Sequence record: MW879341.1
DNA: 64,000 nucleotides
Direction: 5' to 3' (one strand)
The number at the start of each line of letters is the position of its first letter. The first letter of the stretch is position 1. Positions 45,053-54,639 of this stretch are shown here, piece by piece. The translations under genes and the position numbers were made by a program. Below the pieces are notes generated by a model that saw only the letters and a list, made by a program, of their open reading frames with translations, searched no databases and was not told the origin of the DNA.

Positions 45053-45370
45053 ATGGCTTACAACTTTAAACTGCTTGAAGTTTTAGAAGACCTGGCGTTT
45101 GAATCAGGTCGCATTAAAACCCGGGTCAGTCTGGACATCACAGCCTCCTCAGAAGAGGACATGCCGTCGGATGCTCCGAAGGCGTTTTCCTATAAGTGTG
45201 CCCTGCCGGTATTCGGTCTAGATCAGATTAACTTCCTGAAGCGCAGTGTGCGTAGTTTGGGTGACGAGTATCCTGACCAGTCCGTACATTTCGGCGTATC
45301 GCGCGTTGCAGTGAAATACAACGCAGAAGACATTGACGTAGTAGTAGAGGTAGTGAAATGGAAAGCGTAA
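45053..45370 (+). CDS. hypothetical protein
   Basis: GAGG SD. Confidence 0.7.
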   Translation: MAYNFKLLEVLEDLAFESGRIKTRVSLDITASSEEDMPSDAPKAFSYKCALPVFGLDQINFLKRSVRSLGDEYPDQSVHFGVSRVAVKYNAEDIDVVVEVVKWKA

Positions 45371-45687
45371 ACGAACAACCTATTGTACCACCAATCATCG
45401 ACCTGGATGTGCTGCATAGCGCAGCTGTTGGTTTTATGCATGCCTGGGATAGCGGTAAACCAGTTACTTACGGTACTGGCAATAACATCGATGATAAATT
45501 CGCCACCTTTGTGGGTAGCCGTACGGTCACCACTAAAGAGTTCAATCGTGATTCGTTTGTCTTCTTAGGTGAGGATTTGAAAGAACACCTCACTGAACCT
45601 GGTGCCTACTACTTCATCAGTTACGTCGGTGTGGACGTCTCTCGTGACGGCTTCATTATTAAAGCGTCGATCTACAAAAAGCGGTAG
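45358..45687 (+). CDS. hypothetical protein
   Basis: GAGG SD. Confidence 0.7.
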   Translation: MESVNEQPIVPPIIDLDVLHSAAVGFMHAWDSGKPVTYGTGNNIDDKFATFVGSRTVTTKEFNRDSFVFLGEDLKEHLTEPGAYYFISYVGVDVSRDGFIIKASIYKKR

Positions 45688-45738
45688 AGTATTAAAGTAC
45701 AACGCGCTCCAATACTGTAGCTGAATGAACAACTCCTT

Positions 45739-45760
45739 AGGTATATATTACTTACCTGAG
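45739..45760 (+). promoter_or_regulatory. early promoter motif
   Basis: AGGTATATATTACTTACC. Confidence 0.6.
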
Positions 45761-45780
45761 GAGTAAAAGGAGTGTAGAAA

Positions 45781-46119
45781 ATGTTAGCAGTAATGAATAT
45801 GGCGTCAATCAATGAGAAGTTTCAATCCATCGATAGCGCAAAGTTGACGTTACCAGCAGGGAGTGAAGTTGGGTACCTGGTGGAACATCAAGAGTCAGAC
45901 CTACCCGCTATTGCCAACCCAGCTGACGGTAGTATTACTATCGAAGAGGTTCCGGGTCGTGGCATTATCGCAGGGACCAGTTTTACAGAGCTGGCCGGTG
46001 GGTTGCTGAATACAATGCAGTATTTCGCAGGTCTGTACACAGCCATGATTCTCGTAGAGGTCGTGCTGAAAGGTCAGATCGGTGGTGTATACGCAACTTA
46101 CAAATTTAAGGCGGTATAA
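45781..46119 (+). CDS. hypothetical protein
   Basis: AGGAG SD. Confidence 0.65.
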   Translation: MLAVMNMASINEKFQSIDSAKLTLPAGSEVGYLVEHQESDLPAIANPADGSITIEEVPGRGIIAGTSFTELAGGLLNTMQYFAGLYTAMILVEVVLKGQIGGVYATYKFKAV

Positions 46120-46742
46120 TGGCAAATTTCGTAGAAGGAGGCGGCGCAGCCTTTGACTATATGGTGTATGGTGAACGTGACCGTGGTGTGATGGGGTATT
46201 TGCAAAACCTCAATAGCCAGGTGATGACTCACTTAGGCACTGAAGCAAGAGCGATTGCCGAGAATCTACAGAACAGTGTAGAGAAGATGTACAACAGTGA
46301 GTCGATGCGTCTGGCTCGTGCTGCGGTTCGTATGGTGGCCAATGCGTATGGCATGAATGTGATCTATCCGATGACTAACATCGGAGAACTCCAACATGCA
46401 CCAGATGTCATGATTCCGTTGATTATGGCTCAGCCCGGTATTCGTGAGAGTTTCCATAAACAGCAGTGTGAAGGTTATGGTGATCGTTACTATGACTTCC
46501 AGCCTGGTGTTGTGGGTGAAGACCATCACGATTATCAGCGCGTCACTGATGGTATCTTCCTTGAGTCTGAGGATGATCCAGAAGCATGTGTGGCTACGTC
46601 GTATCTGCATCTGGATGAAGAGGACCAGCTGGACCACGATCAGCAAGACGGTATCATCTATATCACCTGGGAGCAAGTTAAGATTGCCCAGGCTAAAGGT
46701 GTCGAAGATCCGACTTCTCAGTTCAACGGTACACTTGGTTAA
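46119..46742 (+). CDS. conserved phiKZ-like core hypothetical protein
   Basis: GG.AFDYMVYG, LQHAPDVM..LIMAQP, CEGYG..Y, DY.RVTDG, DPTSQFN; synteny upstream of SbcD. Confidence 0.7.
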   Translation: MANFVEGGGAAFDYMVYGERDRGVMGYLQNLNSQVMTHLGTEARAIAENLQNSVEKMYNSESMRLARAAVRMVANAYGMNVIYPMTNIGELQHAPDVMIPLIMAQPGIRESFHKQQCEGYGDRYYDFQPGVVGEDHHDYQRVTDGIFLESEDDPEACVATSYLHLDEEDQLDHDQQDGIIYITWEQVKIAQAKGVEDPTSQFNGTLG

Positions 46743-46857
46743 ACAACTCCCACTCACCCTAATCGGTGAGTGGGGTTACTTTAGACTTTTCTTTTTTACA
46801 TGCTCGGTCAATATTCTGTCGTAATTGTATGGAACCCACCCTTTTGGAGTCGTCGTA

Positions 46858-47259
46858 ATGGAAAGACCCTACCCTAGTCTCAGCACGAAAGGCTGGCTAG
46901 AAGATGTACCGGGTGTGTTGGATGCAGTTATGACTAACTTCTTCCTGACACATCCCTCACTTAGCGTTGAGTTCAAAAACGCTATCTATTCGTTACCCGA
47001 CCTTATCCAGAAGTACGGTAACAATGAGACTGATATCAAGCGTGAAGTCCGTGATGCTATGGAAACACTCTTCAGTCGTTGGTTTGATAAGGTGACAGCA
47101 GAATGTAGCGTCACGTACCCAGACCCCGACGATGATATCAGGATGAATGTGTCTGTGTATCTCACCATAGACCATAAAGGCGAAACGTATAACGTGGCCC
47201 GTGAGTTATCAATGTCCGGGTCTAAGCTAATGAAGGTCATGGAGATTAATAATGGCTAA
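46858..47259 (+). CDS. conserved phiKZ-like protein (possible baseplate gp25-like)
   Basis: PSLSTKGW, SL..LIQKYGN; GGAG SD before ATG 46858; fold assignment is inference. Confidence 0.6.
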   Translation: MERPYPSLSTKGWLEDVPGVLDAVMTNFFLTHPSLSVEFKNAIYSLPDLIQKYGNNETDIKREVRDAMETLFSRWFDKVTAECSVTYPDPDDDIRMNVSVYLTIDHKGETYNVARELSMSGSKLMKVMEINNG

Positions 47260-47845
47260 GAAACCAGCCGACATGGTGGTCGATAAACAAACGATGGATG
47301 CATTGAAGTTCATCGTGGAAGAGACCAAAAAGGATATTCCTCAGATTGGGTATGATCTGTTTGTTCGTGATTACCTCCCACTGTTGGCAGCCCCACCTGA
47401 AAGAAACTCAGCGGGTGATATCGTACCGCGCAATCTGTCATTGTGGATGGAAATCTGTAAGCACGCCTCTAACTCAGTTCAAGTATTGAACCGGGATGGT
47501 ACAGTGCGCTTCACAGTACCGCCATTGGTAGGTACGATTCCAACGTACTACCCGATGCCCCGCACTGGCTTAGCGGCAATTGCCACCGAAGCTCAGTTTA
47601 AGAACAGCCAACATCCTGTATTAGGTGAGCGGTTCCTAAACAACGCCTTGTCCACGTCATTAACGGACCAAGCTCTTGCTAACAAAGCACAGACACTGGA
47701 ATGGAATAACGTTCTGGTTGAACACGGCTATGAACCACTTCCTGGTTACGGCACCTCCATAGTAAAAGCGGGGGAGTCTGTAGCTGCACCAGCGCCGCAA
47801 GAACCTCAGCGCGTTATTACGGACGACGATTACGATGACCTGTAG
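47252..47845 (+). CDS. conserved phiKZ-like hypothetical protein
   Basis: F..DYLPLL, W..I.....V.V....G.V.F.VPPL; synteny. Confidence 0.7.
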   Translation: MAKKPADMVVDKQTMDALKFIVEETKKDIPQIGYDLFVRDYLPLLAAPPERNSAGDIVPRNLSLWMEICKHASNSVQVLNRDGTVRFTVPPLVGTIPTYYPMPRTGLAAIATEAQFKNSQHPVLGERFLNNALSTSLTDQALANKAQTLEWNNVLVEHGYEPLPGYGTSIVKAGESVAAPAPQEPQRVITDDDYDDL

Positions 47846-48998
47846 ATTCACAAACACCAAAAACCCAAACTACCTGAACATTGCAGAGTTTGCTGATGTT
47901 CACTTAGGTCACAATAGAACCACGGCTGAGCACGTCATTACGTCGATGCATCATGCCCTACCCGATAACCCAGAGACCGCTGCTTTAGACATGATCGTCT
48001 ACGCGGGTGACGTATTCGACAGACTGATTACGTTGCCCACGAAAGACGTAGTGACTGAGATCGAAATCTGGGGTATTGATTATCTCAAGCTGTGTAAGAA
48101 ACATGACATTGTGACTGTTATTGTAGAGGGCACTCCTCGACATGACCGTAAACAGTGTTACCTGTTCGAGCACCTGAATGATCTTTACAACATCGGTGCT
48201 GAGATACTCTATGTTCAGAGGCTATCGGTTGTTAAGCTGGATAAATTCAACCTGAGCATTCTGTTTGTACCAGACGAATGGCATCCTGATCATCAGGAGA
48301 CTTATCGTCAAGCAGTACAGGCTATCGCTCAGGCGGGTATAGACAAGCCGGACATTGCAGTCATGCACGGTGCGTTCGATTTCCAGTTCCCAGCTAACCT
48401 CGATATCCCAACCCACGACTCAGACCTGTACTTACAGTTAGTGCGTGAATGGATCTTCATTGGTCACGTACACGTACATTCTCGTAAGGAACGTATTCTG
48501 GTCTCTGGGTCACTGGACAGACTGACGTTTGGGGAAGAAGCACCTAAAGGGCACATGCGCGTTAAATGTCGCGGTAATGGTCCAGACGGTGACGAAGTGG
48601 TGTTTGTGGAAAACCCGTTGGCGTTGCGTTACGACACGATTGACGTTGAAGGGTTAACGATTGAACAGGCCGTAGAAGATATCCGTGCTAAAGAGATGCC
48701 AAAGGGTTCTAACTTACGTTTACTCTGTGCTAAGACAGATCCGTCGTTTTTCGCAGAGAAGCAACTCCAGGCATCTTTCCCTAACTTCCGTATCGTAGTT
48801 TCTGCTAAGAAGGTAAAAGCTGCTGTAAGTACGCAAGTCGACCCACTGACACCGCGTCGTCGTGTTACACCAGTGGATATCTCACCAAGCAACGTCAAAC
48901 GTTTGATGGCTGCCCGTTTAGCTGAACGCGATCTGTTACCCGACTCACACGCCACTGAGCGTGTGCTGACGCTAATGGACGGTGTAATCAATGGATAA
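47835..48998 (+). CDS. sbcD: SbcD/Mre11-family metallophosphoesterase nuclease
   Basis: DVHLGH, AGDVFD, GTPRHD, MHGAF, GHVH, SGSLDRLTFGEE. Confidence 0.9.
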   Translation: MTCRFTNTKNPNYLNIAEFADVHLGHNRTTAEHVITSMHHALPDNPETAALDMIVYAGDVFDRLITLPTKDVVTEIEIWGIDYLKLCKKHDIVTVIVEGTPRHDRKQCYLFEHLNDLYNIGAEILYVQRLSVVKLDKFNLSILFVPDEWHPDHQETYRQAVQAIAQAGIDKPDIAVMHGAFDFQFPANLDIPTHDSDLYLQLVREWIFIGHVHVHSRKERILVSGSLDRLTFGEEAPKGHMRVKCRGNGPDGDEVVFVENPLALRYDTIDVEGLTIEQAVEDIRAKEMPKGSNLRLLCAKTDPSFFAEKQLQASFPNFRIVVSAKKVKAAVSTQVDPLTPRRRVTPVDISPSNVKRLMAARLAERDLLPDSHATERVLTLMDGVING

Positions 48999-49806
48999 CA
49001 TCCAATATGCTTTGGAGCGTGAGACGGGCGAACTGCCCGTCTCTATCGGAACGGCGTTGGCCTTTGAACCTGTGTTTATCGCTAAGACATTGGCCCACTA
49101 CGACATCGTACTGATTAACATCCGAACGATTATCCGAAACTACTACGCGAGTGTTGCTTCTGCTCGCGTGGATAGTGTGAATCACTCTGCCGCTGCTTAC
49201 GTGATAGCGGAAGAACTACGCACACTGAGTGAACACTTCACCAATGTTACGCCAATCATCTATTATTCCGAGTACGAAGACTTGGGTAAGTATTTACCGG
49301 GTTGTCTCGTGAAGACCGACTTTACGGAGAAAGCACTGGTTGCTAGAGACCGGGAAGCGCACACGTTGAACTGTTTAGTTACAGAACAGCAAGTCGCTAT
49401 CCGTGGTTTCAAAGAATGCGCTTTAACCTTTAAAGAGAAAGGGCGAGCCTTGCTATTTTCCCACATCGCCGTGGACCTGTTACTACGTTATAACTTTACG
49501 AAATTTGAACTTCTCGAATCGTATACAGCTGCTATCAAACAACGCGAACAATGGAACTCTAAACTTACCAACGGTAAGGCTCTGACACGTATGCCGTTTA
49601 ATCGGTTCACATTGACACTCTACGGAGATAATGGATTGTTGTTGAGACCACAACTAATCCAACTTCGTCGTGCGTTGATGTTGTTGTCTGAGGAACAGGG
49701 ATGGACCACGGTTACCACGATGGATAAGATAAAGGCTGACATTCAGAAGATCCCTAACGTAGAATACCGCACGTTGCTGGCAGGGTTGGCTCGACCGTAT
49801 CTGTAA
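48991..49806 (+). CDS. conserved phiKZ-like protein (possible flap/PIN-like nuclease)
   Basis: RETG.LPVSIGT.LAFE, INIRTIIRN, SHIAVDLL, LLESYT; synteny after SbcD; function is inference. Confidence 0.55.
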   Translation: MDNIQYALERETGELPVSIGTALAFEPVFIAKTLAHYDIVLINIRTIIRNYYASVASARVDSVNHSAAAYVIAEELRTLSEHFTNVTPIIYYSEYEDLGKYLPGCLVKTDFTEKALVARDREAHTLNCLVTEQQVAIRGFKECALTFKEKGRALLFSHIAVDLLLRYNFTKFELLESYTAAIKQREQWNSKLTNGKALTRMPFNRFTLTLYGDNGLLLRPQLIQLRRALMLLSEEQGWTTVTTMDKIKADIQKIPNVEYRTLLAGLARPYL

Positions 49807-49865
49807 AAAATCACATGACGGGTCTATGATATAGACAAAGTATGGGCCCAAAACCGGAGTGGAAA

Positions 49866-51278
49866 ATGTCCGATAACAATCAACAAAACGGCGAGCGCGC
49901 GCCCGCTAAACGTACCATCCTCAGTGAGTTTAAAACTCGTCTGATTGGCCGACCTGTAGATGGTGCTAAGAAATCTCCAACCTTCGCTTTCAGTATTAAT
50001 GAAAAGAACGAAGTGAGCATCACCGTTTACTCGAACATCGAAGGTGATCGTGGTAATGGTCTGATTAAAGGTAAGGGTGATATTGGTGTCCTGTTCATGG
50101 TCACTACTCTCATTCGTGCCGCAATTGCAACCAACGGACCTTTCCGTCGTGTAATCAAACATGAAGATCATGTCTTCATGCGTGGTCAGCGCAGTGAACG
50201 TCCGATGTGGATTTTCGATCTGATTATCCAACGTGACTCAGGCGATTCAGATGTCCGTATGATTCTGAAGTCGTACAATCGTCCTGACCTGGAGTTCTAC
50301 TTCCGTCCTACTGACTATCATCGTCTGTACGATGGTGAAGGTCGTGAACTCAACAGTAAAGAGATTGCTGACTCGTACGCAATCGGTTATTGTGAGATGC
50401 TGGAAGACCTGGCCTCTGACCTGCTGAACGATTACCAAATCCGTCTGTACGCTGAGACTACTCAGAAGACTGTGGAAGGGCGTCAACCATCTATGGTCTG
50501 GGGTAGTATCGCCAACAACCCACGCGGCACTGTCTTCACTAACGTTGAAGCAGACCAGCACATTAACAAAGGGATGATTGCTGCTAAGATCGATCCACCG
50601 ACGTTCTACATGTTCTGTGAACTGATGGGTCAAGCAGTAACTGCACCTCCGGGTTGGCGTCGGGGTATCAAGAACTACGGTCACCAGAAATCTCAAGGTG
50701 GCGGTCGTGGTGAGAAAGTCCATGAGACCACTCTGTGCGTAGGTAAGAACGAGGAAGGTGTGATTTATATCGCAGTCCTCGACCAGGACAAATCGCGTCC
50801 TAACCTACAGTTCATTCTGGACTCACACCGTCGCTTCGCTGTACTGGATGAGAACGAACAACCGTTGGCTCGTTCTCGTGTGACTTCTCTGATGGCTGCT
50901 AGCTATAAGAAAGTCTTCGGTCGTGCTGTAGCGAAACACCTGAACGCACACTACACTCCGCCAGACCCGTCAACCTGGCAGAACAACAACCAGCAAGGCG
51001 GTAATCGTCAAGGTGGTTGGAACAACAATCGCCAGCAAGGTGGTGGCGGTGGTCAGCGTCAGGGTAATTGGAATAACAATAACCAGGGCGGTGGTCAGCA
51101 GCGTTCGCAGGGAAACTGGAACAACAACAACCGTCAACAGGGCGGCGGAAATACGCAGTACCAGGGTGGTTCTCAGCAGGGTTCAGGCGGCGGTAGTCAG
51201 TATAATGAACCTCAGCAGCCGTCTGTACCACCGCGTAACGATGCGCCTCCTGCATTCGACACCGATATTCCTTTCTGA
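49866..51278 (+). CDS. ChmC-like nucleic-acid-binding protein, tandem domains plus SSB-like tail
   Basis: syntenic position before gp68-like gene; two related domains of about 170 aa; G/Q/N-rich linker; ends PAFDTDIPF. Confidence 0.6.
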   Translation: MSDNNQQNGERAPAKRTILSEFKTRLIGRPVDGAKKSPTFAFSINEKNEVSITVYSNIEGDRGNGLIKGKGDIGVLFMVTTLIRAAIATNGPFRRVIKHEDHVFMRGQRSERPMWIFDLIIQRDSGDSDVRMILKSYNRPDLEFYFRPTDYHRLYDGEGRELNSKEIADSYAIGYCEMLEDLASDLLNDYQIRLYAETTQKTVEGRQPSMVWGSIANNPRGTVFTNVEADQHINKGMIAAKIDPPTFYMFCELMGQAVTAPPGWRRGIKNYGHQKSQGGGRGEKVHETTLCVGKNEEGVIYIAVLDQDKSRPNLQFILDSHRRFAVLDENEQPLARSRVTSLMAASYKKVFGRAVAKHLNAHYTPPDPSTWQNNNQQGGNRQGGWNNNRQQGGGGGQRQGNWNNNNQGGGQQRSQGNWNNNNRQQGGGNTQYQGGSQQGSGGGSQYNEPQQPSVPPRNDAPPAFDTDIPF

Positions 51279-51289
51279 TGTAACTAACC

Positions 51290-51307
51290 GTGTGGCTTCG
51301 GCCACAC
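51290..51307 (+). terminator. UUCG hairpin
   Basis: GTGTGGC-TTCG-GCCACAC, no T run. Confidence 0.55.
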
Positions 51308-51378
51308 ACCTTCCCAACTAAGCGCAAGCACACCCCAAAACAGAGAGGGTGGTTGAGCACGCTACGAGGAAATTGAAA

Positions 51379-51843
51379 ATGAGTGACGCAGTTGTATTAA
51401 AAGCAGTTAAGATGGGTGACGGCAGTTTAATCTTTAAGTTGCAAGACGACACTGCTGACGGAATGACTTTACATCAATCCGTTAAGACAGCCATCGGTCA
51501 CCTTATCGCGGGTACCGGCATGCAATTAGGCGGTATGACACTTACCACTAAGCTGTACGGTAAGACTGTAGATCCAACCCGCCCTGACGAACCGGTAGAA
51601 TACATTACACCGGTTGGTCGTACGTGTGATGCCAGCGCTACTTTCTATACGTTGGCGGGTAGTTTACGTGGTCGCGTTAAACACGGTGCTGAGATTCATT
51701 TCATGGTAGATGATCTTACACGCAGTGGTCCCCGTATCTTAGATATGGAAGACGTATTCGCGTTCATGAAGAGTCCAGACAATAACAATCTGGTTCTTCG
51801 GTCGTTCCTGCATCATCCCGAAGGCTTAAAGTCTCTGTCTTAA
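51379..51843 (+). CDS. hypothetical protein
   Basis: GAGGA SD before ATG 51379. Confidence 0.7.
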   Translation: MSDAVVLKAVKMGDGSLIFKLQDDTADGMTLHQSVKTAIGHLIAGTGMQLGGMTLTTKLYGKTVDPTRPDEPVEYITPVGRTCDASATFYTLAGSLRGRVKHGAEIHFMVDDLTRSGPRILDMEDVFAFMKSPDNNNLVLRSFLHHPEGLKSLS

Positions 51844-51848
51844 TTGTT

Positions 51849-51874
51849 AGGAGGACTTCGGTCCTCCTTTTATG
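51849..51874 (+). terminator. intrinsic terminator
   Basis: AGGAGGAC-TTCG-GTCCTCCT-TTTATG, identical to the 379 copy. Confidence 0.85.
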
Positions 51875-51888
51875 TTGGAGTAACTGTA

Positions 51889-52269
51889 ATGAATGAGTAC
51901 GATCCCACTACTGCGGTACTGTCCTTTAAGATACCGTACCATCCTTTGACAGGCACACTGCTACTGAATAAGGTTCAGCCATACACTGAGAAAATCATAC
52001 GTTCTTATCTGGGTAGACTTTCCAGTCGCGTTGTACAAGATGCCATGGTTGCTAACCACACTGGTTTCGCTAGGGCTGTACCTACGTCAGCCGGAACTGA
52101 ACTACACTACCCGTACGTATTCACGATGGTCTCTCGTGAGTCGGGTGAACCAATGACACTCAGCGATATCGTTAGATCAGTTCGTGAGTCTTGGACTGTG
52201 AACTCAGATAAGTGGCAATTGGTTGCAACACTGGCAGACGGGGTGCTACGTGCAGATACTACTGAGTGA
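51889..52269 (+). CDS. hypothetical protein
   Basis: GGAG SD before ATG 51889. Confidence 0.65.
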   Translation: MNEYDPTTAVLSFKIPYHPLTGTLLLNKVQPYTEKIIRSYLGRLSSRVVQDAMVANHTGFARAVPTSAGTELHYPYVFTMVSRESGEPMTLSDIVRSVRESWTVNSDKWQLVATLADGVLRADTTE

Positions 52270-52573
52270 AAGGGCTGATACGGGACAGGTACGTAACTCA
52301 GCGGCAATCATCGACATTGCCTGTAACTCTCTCGTGTACAAGATCCCAAACCAAAGTCACCGCTGGTTGTCCTTTGAACAGGTTCAGGCTTTGCATGAGA
52401 TCGATAAGAAGATAGACGATCGTTTAAAGAAGCGTCTTTGTATAGAGGTTCCCACAATCGGTGAACCAGATAACCGTAAGGATATCGCCAGATTCATTAC
52501 TGCTGTGTGTAAGCAAGAAGTAAATAAATACACAGTAGACGGATATTATAGAAGGCAACAGCAGGGAAAATGA
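52250..52573 (+). CDS. hypothetical protein (start uncertain)
   Basis: open frame filling the gap; GTG 52250 is a candidate start. Confidence 0.4.
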   Translation: MQILLSERADTGQVRNSAAIIDIACNSLVYKIPNQSHRWLSFEQVQALHEIDKKIDDRLKKRLCIEVPTIGEPDNRKDIARFITAVCKQEVNKYTVDGYYRRQQQGK

Positions 52574-52663
52574 GTTATCTGAAGTCATGGATAACCGCAC
52601 AAACGATACTCCATCCTCCTAACCGGGGATGGAGTATTCATTATTTTCATAGAGGGTTCACGA

Positions 52664-53008
52664 ATGTCTGAAGTCATCGGTGTATTGAAAGTTTCTACAG
52701 TCGAATGGGTTGGCAGTCCAGAAGGAACGGTGCCTGAATGTAGCCCACTGTCACGCGTATGGTCTCGTGAGAATACAGAGGAATCTCGTGCTCAGCTGTT
52801 CGATGCAATTGAGAAAGCTAAGATTGAGATTGATTACTCGTCTAGCAGTAACGATTGGGTGGATGTTATCCGCACTATTGATGACCGTGTTTCGTACATT
52901 CATGGTGGCGATTATCTGGTTATTACAGCTGATATGAGGGTCTCCATTCTCTCTGGCGTAAGAGCACTGACCGTGAGCGAAGACGGCGTAGTGAGCGTAG
53001 AGTTCTAA
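52664..53008 (+). CDS. hypothetical protein
   Basis: GAGG SD. Confidence 0.65.
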   Translation: MSEVIGVLKVSTVEWVGSPEGTVPECSPLSRVWSRENTEESRAQLFDAIEKAKIEIDYSSSSNDWVDVIRTIDDRVSYIHGGDYLVITADMRVSILSGVRALTVSEDGVVSVEF

Positions 53009-53013
53009 GATTA

Positions 53014-53040
53014 TTTCAGATATATATTATCTTAGTGTAG
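53014..53040 (+). promoter_or_regulatory. early promoter motif
   Basis: TTTCAGATATATATTATCTTAGTGTAG. Confidence 0.75.
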
Positions 53041-53067
53041 TAATAGTGGAATGACATTGGAGCCGGT

Positions 53068-54639
53068 ATGAGAATTTATCCTCTCGATAATTCGAACAAA
53101 CTTTCAGGCATCGTGTTGGAGCATAATGGTGAGCGTATAGTCTCTGAGGGGAGCATTTACGACCGCACACCATTTCCTTCTACAGGTGAGCTGTTCATGG
53201 ACATTAACGCATTCTGGGCAACCTTGAGTGCGGAACGTCAGCAGGGTATCTGGAACACGTATAAGGAGATTGAAGAAGCCTTCCTTAATACGTACAACGA
53301 TTCTCGATTGCACGAGAACGTCACGGCATTAGTGGCTAAGCTCTATTCGCACTGGTCATATGAAGAACTGTGTAGTTGGGTGAGACTGTATGGTCGAACT
53401 GTCATTCCGGTAGAGGTTCAGGATGACATTGGTGGTTACTCGTCACAAGCGAGAACATACCTGCGTGCAGATTATCAGGGATTAATTTGTCTGGTAGTAG
53501 CACTGCGTCCAATGATTCCAATCTGGAACCAGTACGTTCGTGAGTCTAAGAAAACAGTAGGTACTCACTTCAAAGAGTATATGGCAATGGGTCTGTTGAA
53601 TCAGACTACTATGCTGGACACTCCAGAGTTTGACCAACTGCGTACTTACGTCAGACTGAACGTAGATACAAACAAGATTACGATGTCTGCTATTGTAGCG
53701 GGTATCGGTAGTGCGGATTTAGAAGACTGGGTATTCTCAGTGGTCTTAATTCGTAAGGTGTGCGTGGGTGTGATTATGCACGCAACGCCAGATGGTGAGT
53801 TACTGTCGAACTACAGCACGAGTGCAAACATCGTGTCTAACGTGTACCGACAGATTGAAACTGCGATTGCAAGTCTTGACCGTAAGTTCGATGGTCAGAT
53901 TCGTAAGAAGCCGGACGGTATGGAGTTCCGTGATGATGATAAAGAATCACAAGCGGAGAAGATCATTGTCAAGCAAAAGATCAATGATTATAAATTCATT
54001 CTGGCACACGAGTATGCTAAGTTCATTATGCGTGCGCGTGACCTGATTGATCCCTCCATTCCAAAAGGGTTGATTGACCAATGCATTCGTACTCTGAATG
54101 CAAACAAGTCATTCCAACCTACCCAGGCACAAACTACACTGGCACAATGGGTTATCCACCCAGCACTGTCAGCACGGTTTGTACCGGCGTTAGAGCAACC
54201 AGAGCGTATTAACGTAATGGGCTTTGCGCAAGCAGCTTATTGGCATTGGGGTTATTACGATCTCGCACTGCTGATGACTGCGGATGCATTAGAGTTAGAC
54301 CAGGACCAAGTCTTTGGTAATGAGTCACGCTCTCGTGTAACCAATGAGCAGTTCCGTATTCTGAAAGAGCAGTATCCGCATTACCATCGTCGTGCTGGGA
54401 ATAAAGGTGAACCCCAGCAGCGCAATGAGAACTTGGCAACCAATGCGATTGAGTTGATGTATGGAATGTTCGACGGGAAACCGTGGCAGTTCAATGCACC
54501 GCAAGATCTGGTAGCACAAACTACAATGCGTCCATACGGTAGTGGTGGTTGGATTATCCCATCCGACATCAAACTCCAACTGGCCGACTTCATTATCACC
54601 CTGAACAATAGAAAGAAAGGATTAAAAGATGCTAATTAA
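53068..54639 (+). CDS. nvRNAP promoter-specificity subunit (phiKZ gp68-like)
   Basis: 523 aa; DINAFW, Y..L..L.VALRPMIPIW; position immediately before gp69/gp70/beta block. Confidence 0.7.
   Translation: MRIYPLDNSNKLSGIVLEHNGERIVSEGSIYDRTPFPSTGELFMDINAFWATLSAERQQGIWNTYKEIEEAFLNTYNDSRLHENVTALVAKLYSHWSYEELCSWVRLYGRTVIPVEVQDDIGGYSSQARTYLRADYQGLICLVVALRPMIPIWNQYVRESKKTVGTHFKEYMAMGLLNQTTMLDTPEFDQLRTYVRLNVDTNKITMSAIVAGIGSADLEDWVFSVVLIRKVCVGVIMHATPDGELLSNYSTSANIVSNVYRQIETAIASLDRKFDGQIRKKPDGMEFRDDDKESQAEKIIVKQKINDYKFILAHEYAKFIMRARDLIDPSIPKGLIDQCIRTLNANKSFQPTQAQTTLAQWVIHPALSARFVPALEQPERINVMGFAQAAYWHWGYYDLALLMTADALELDQDQVFGNESRSRVTNEQFRILKEQYPHYHRRAGNKGEPQQRNENLATNAIELMYGMFDGKPWQFNAPQDLVAQTTMRPYGSGGWIIPSDIKLQLADFIITLNNRKKGLKDAN

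Noticed and set aside
51844-51888. TTG start and N-terminal MLGGLRSSF of ORF 51844
   Set aside because: Translates the terminator hairpin; the real start is ATG 51889.
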